DNA from: a virus
Lineage: Duplodnaviria; Caudoviricetes
IMG/VR virus record: IMGVR_UViG_3300020161_002221
Location: 1-36,839 of that record
Reading direction: 5' to 3' (one strand)
DNA length: 36,839 nucleotides
Each line of letters opens with the position of its first letter. The stretch's first letter is position 1. Shown piece after piece: positions 34,901 through 36,839 of this stretch. Under the pieces are notes generated by a model, which saw only the letters and a program-made list of their open reading frames with translations, had not been told where the DNA came from and did no database searches. Both the position numbers and the translations under genes were made by a program.

Positions 34901-36486
34901 TGGCTGGCACTATGGTTCCCACTACCGGCACCGGAGCTACCGGTTCGTGGGGGATCACGGCGTCTAGTGCTAACACGGCCACTACTCTAGCTACATCTAG
35001 AACCCTCACCATTGGTTCCACTGGTAAATCATTTAACGGTTCTGCGGATGTAGCATGGACTTTGGCTGAAATCGGGGCGTTACCCTCAGCTGGCGGAACG
35101 CTGACCGGTGCCTTGGTTATTTCCCAGGCTACTCCGGCGCTAGCTTTAAATAAGAGCGCTTCCGGGGCAAATGCTGTAATCATTTCTAAGACTAACAATG
35201 TAGACAGATGGATTATCGTAGCGGGAAGTAACGATGCTGAATCTGGCGGCAACGCTGGCAGTGATTTTGCTATCAACCGTTATAGCGATGTGGGGTCTTA
35301 CGTAGGTTCTCCAATAATTATTAGACGCAACACCGGGGTCACAGAATTTCAAGCTATTCCGACAGGTCCTGCCTCCGATCCCACTACTGCCGGTCAACTT
35401 ACCCGCAAGGCTTACGTAGACGCTCAGCGCGATACACGTGTTGCCAAGACTGGCGACACTATGACTGGTAGTCTTCAGATATCGGGCTCATGGGCTGCCG
35501 TCGTCCTCACTAAGCCCACTTCGGGTTCTGGCGCTCAGTTACTCGGTTATGTCGGTCCTTCGCTCCGATGGGCCGCTTACCTAGGAGACAGCACTTCCGA
35601 AACCGGCAGCAACGTTGGCAGCGACTTCTCTATTTCTCGCTTCTCAGACGCGGGCTCTTTTCTCAGTACTTCTCTGTTAATCACGCGTTCAACCGGCGTA
35701 GTCTCTTTTTTTAGTACCCCTCTCGTTAGTAGCAACACTGTCTGGCACGCGGGCAATGATGGTGCCGGTTCTGGCCTCGATGCCGATCTTCTCGACGGTC
35801 TAAATTCTTCCGCCCTTGCCGGTGTTAGCACCATTGCGGCTAGAAACGCTTCCGGAAACTTGTTAGCCACTGGGTTCATGATTGGATCGGACACCAATAA
35901 CGCGCTGGTCGCTAATGGTTTATTTCTTAGGGGAGCGAATCCCACAGTATATTTAAGAGACACTGACGGCAGATGCGGGTTCGTGCACGTCAACAGTAAT
36001 ACGTTGTATTTACTCGGCAGTACGACGAACGACACTACTACTTGGACGCAGGTAAACTCCCAATGGCCTGCTTATTGGGATTTGACCAATAATAATTGCG
36101 TAATCGGTGGTACTCTGACTATCAACTCTGACATTAGGATCAAGGAGAACATCGTTGATATATCTAATCCCATAAATCTCTTAATGGGCCTTAAAGGCGT
36201 CTATTATAATCTAAAGGGCGATGACAAGAAGCAAATCGGGTTTATTGCCCAATGGGTAAGAAAGAATATACCTGAACTAGTGTTGGAAGCTGGTGACAAC
36301 GTGATGGGTGATATTCCCAATATGTTGTCCGTTGATTATGGCAGAACCACGGCTATTCTAGCCGAGGTCGGGAAGAATCACGAAGACAGAATTACTTATC
36401 TTAACAACAAAGTAAATGAATTATCGAAAGCGAACGAGATTCTCTTGACCAGACTAGAAGCCTTGGAATCTAAGCTTCTCCATTGA
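31969..36486 (+). CDS. Long tail fibre with a C-terminal intramolecular chaperone (peptidase S74-like)
   Basis: 1505 aa with internal repeats. C-terminal SDIRIKENI...GFIAQ...VDY followed by a coiled coil. Confidence 0.88.
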   Translation: MPNKLQIKRSAVQGAVPTTGVLDLGELALNTNDGRIFMRRTVGIVSSIVAFDPLTSSSIGTALGYTAFSTAGGTLTGALVLSADPTADLGAATKQYVDSLPVRRYVRATTTANLSVTETTQTLTNLGTLAAFAIDGISLSVNDRVLIKDQTTPRQNGIYTVTNVGSGSVQWVLTRADDSNSWNDLVAAQVVVKQGTVNSDTLWFSRANAGGTLGSNDVIWQLVSNAQVASFGNLSTNGIAVRAATGSVVARSIAVSGTGLTVSNADGVSGNPTVTSNATNANTASTLVARDANGNFTAGTITAALVGNASTATSATSATVASTATALAVSRDFSISGDATAPAVGFTGAGNVALSLTLATLAGLTAGTYTKLTVNVKGQVTAASTLAFADIPDLDMTKLPSSAFKKSVRAATTANITLSGLQTIDGIILIANDRVLVKDQSTASANGVYLAAAGAWTRAADADNITEIAGGVVNTGSGTVNGGRLFTTFLKTTDTLSTTAMTWNGVLDFSDTASANTAGKVVIRDAGGSFSAGTITAALFNGSVSSAVTASILAVSRNFSLSGDATSNTVGFNGSGDVSLTVALATQAGLSAGTYTSVAVNTKGIVTSASNPTTISVGATGFSYTATTALGTTVGNENIFNSSRILNSNSDNLITRAFRVANGTDWTTAAWEIRRRVDVTNGAFIRFGGTNNINRLSLGENATERLVMFDTTLTFNSNIIWHAGNDGATSGLDADLLDGQQGSWYQDATNLTAGTIPSARVAGIYESITGIGIGDTVNRGPIVTFGAITPGSAYVPGTYTAASLTGGSGLGATATIVVDGFGNVSSVTLVAEGNRFIPGDVLSATLAGGGTGFSIPVSTVRQATINILGTSPRIRLGHNLNVVAGNEIGSILFGTSDSTAGGRGDKVRLVATAAGSAAGGELEIWTSANGGEPKLAVDITGTNTFRLFNSASTFYSAMSAPVTANRTLTLADGNTTLVAGTMVPTTGTGATGSWGITASSANTATTLATSRTLTIGSTGKSFNGSADVAWTLAEIGALPSAGGTLTGALVISQATPALALNKSASGANAVIISKTNNVDRWIIVAGSNDAESGGNAGSDFAINRYSDVGSYVGSPIIIRRNTGVTEFQAIPTGPASDPTTAGQLTRKAYVDAQRDTRVAKTGDTMTGSLQISGSWAAVVLTKPTSGSGAQLLGYVGPSLRWAAYLGDSTSETGSNVGSDFSISRFSDAGSFLSTSLLITRSTGVVSFFSTPLVSSNTVWHAGNDGAGSGLDADLLDGLNSSALAGVSTIAARNASGNLLATGFMIGSDTNNALVANGLFLRGANPTVYLRDTDGRCGFVHVNSNTLYLLGSTTNDTTTWTQVNSQWPAYWDLTNNNCVIGGTLTINSDIRIKENIVDISNPINLLMGLKGVYYNLKGDDKKQIGFIAQWVRKNIPELVLEAGDNVMGDIPNMLSVDYGRTTAILAEVGKNHEDRITYLNNKVNELSKANEILLTRLEALESKLLH

Positions 36487-36520
36487 CTATGCCCCTGATA
36501 TAATAAGCAAGGAGACGCTA

Positions 36521-36745
36521 ATGGCCATCATTATTGGAGCCACTACAGCCGTAACTAATTTGGCCAGAGTGGAATGGGACAGGCTATCGGGAAAGCCGGG
36601 CGTTATCATTGACAGCGCTACCAAGACTTTAGTTGGAATTCTAGAAGTAAGATGGGATGCGTATAGAGATGGGAACAATCTAGTGTTTGTGCGCAATTGT
36701 GATTGTAATTGCGCTTGCGCCTGTTCCACTGACACAGGAGAGTAA
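36521..36745 (+). CDS. Small protein with a Cys-rich C-terminus
   Basis: AAGGAG RBS. Ends in RNCDCNCACACSTDTGE. Confidence 0.8.
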   Translation: MAIIIGATTAVTNLARVEWDRLSGKPGVIIDSATKTLVGILEVRWDAYRDGNNLVFVRNCDCNCACACSTDTGE

Positions 36746-36803
36746 TAGCGCCTGTGGCTCTCTGCATTCAAGATGTGCTAACCGTTTATTTTAGGGGGCC
36801 GAC

Positions 36804-36839
36804 ATGACGATTATTGTATCTGGCACCACCGTATTTAAC
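36804..36839 (+). CDS. Start of the next gene (truncated by the window)
   Basis: AGGGGG RBS then MTIIVSGTTVFN, resembling the start of 36521 (MAIIIGATTAVTN). Confidence 0.55.
   Translation, partial: MTIIVSGTTVFN

Noticed and set aside
32442-36035. Multiple minus-strand ORFs within the fibre gene
   Set aside because: Antisense shadows of Thr/Ala/Gly-rich codons.
29452-36486. Diversity-generating retroelement acting on the fibres
   Set aside because: No reverse transcriptase is present and I saw no near-identical DNA repeat pair differing only at adenines. The repeats are diverged protein modules.
1-36839. tRNA, rRNA, integrase, DNA polymerase or lysis genes
   Set aside because: None recognisable by eye in this window. 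A tRNAscan/HMM search would be needed to exclude them formally.

Overview
This is a 36.8-kb segment of a tailed dsDNA phage with a siphovirus-type head/tail module. The host is possibly an alphaproteobacterium (inference only). (1) 1-9800: a leftward (minus-strand) 'early' arm of about 20 small genes, including a GHKL ATPase, an ADP-ribosyltransferase-like protein and two pairs of paralogs. It is built as a cassette array punctuated by recurring extended -10 promoters, a repeated ACAACGAGG ribosome-binding site (RBS), 12 GC-rich hairpins lacking U-tails, covarying long hairpins and exact direct repeats. (2) 10000-17750: small basic proteins, a TPR-glycosyltransferase and a VRR-NUC-like nuclease. 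These are followed by an operon for 2-aminoadenine (Z) DNA: dNMP kinase, HNH-AP2 endonuclease, purZ, mazZ-like, datZ-like and an SNF2 helicase. (3) 17800-end: two TerS-like genes, TerL, portal, scaffold, capsid, neck and tail tube, followed directly by a fibre module with no tape-measure gene in view. The strongest signal is the Z-genome pathway, which here carries an apparently co-transcribed phage dNMP kinase and a duplicated MazG fold. The least explained signal is the structured cassette architecture of the early arm. All family calls come from motif recognition by eye, not from database searches.
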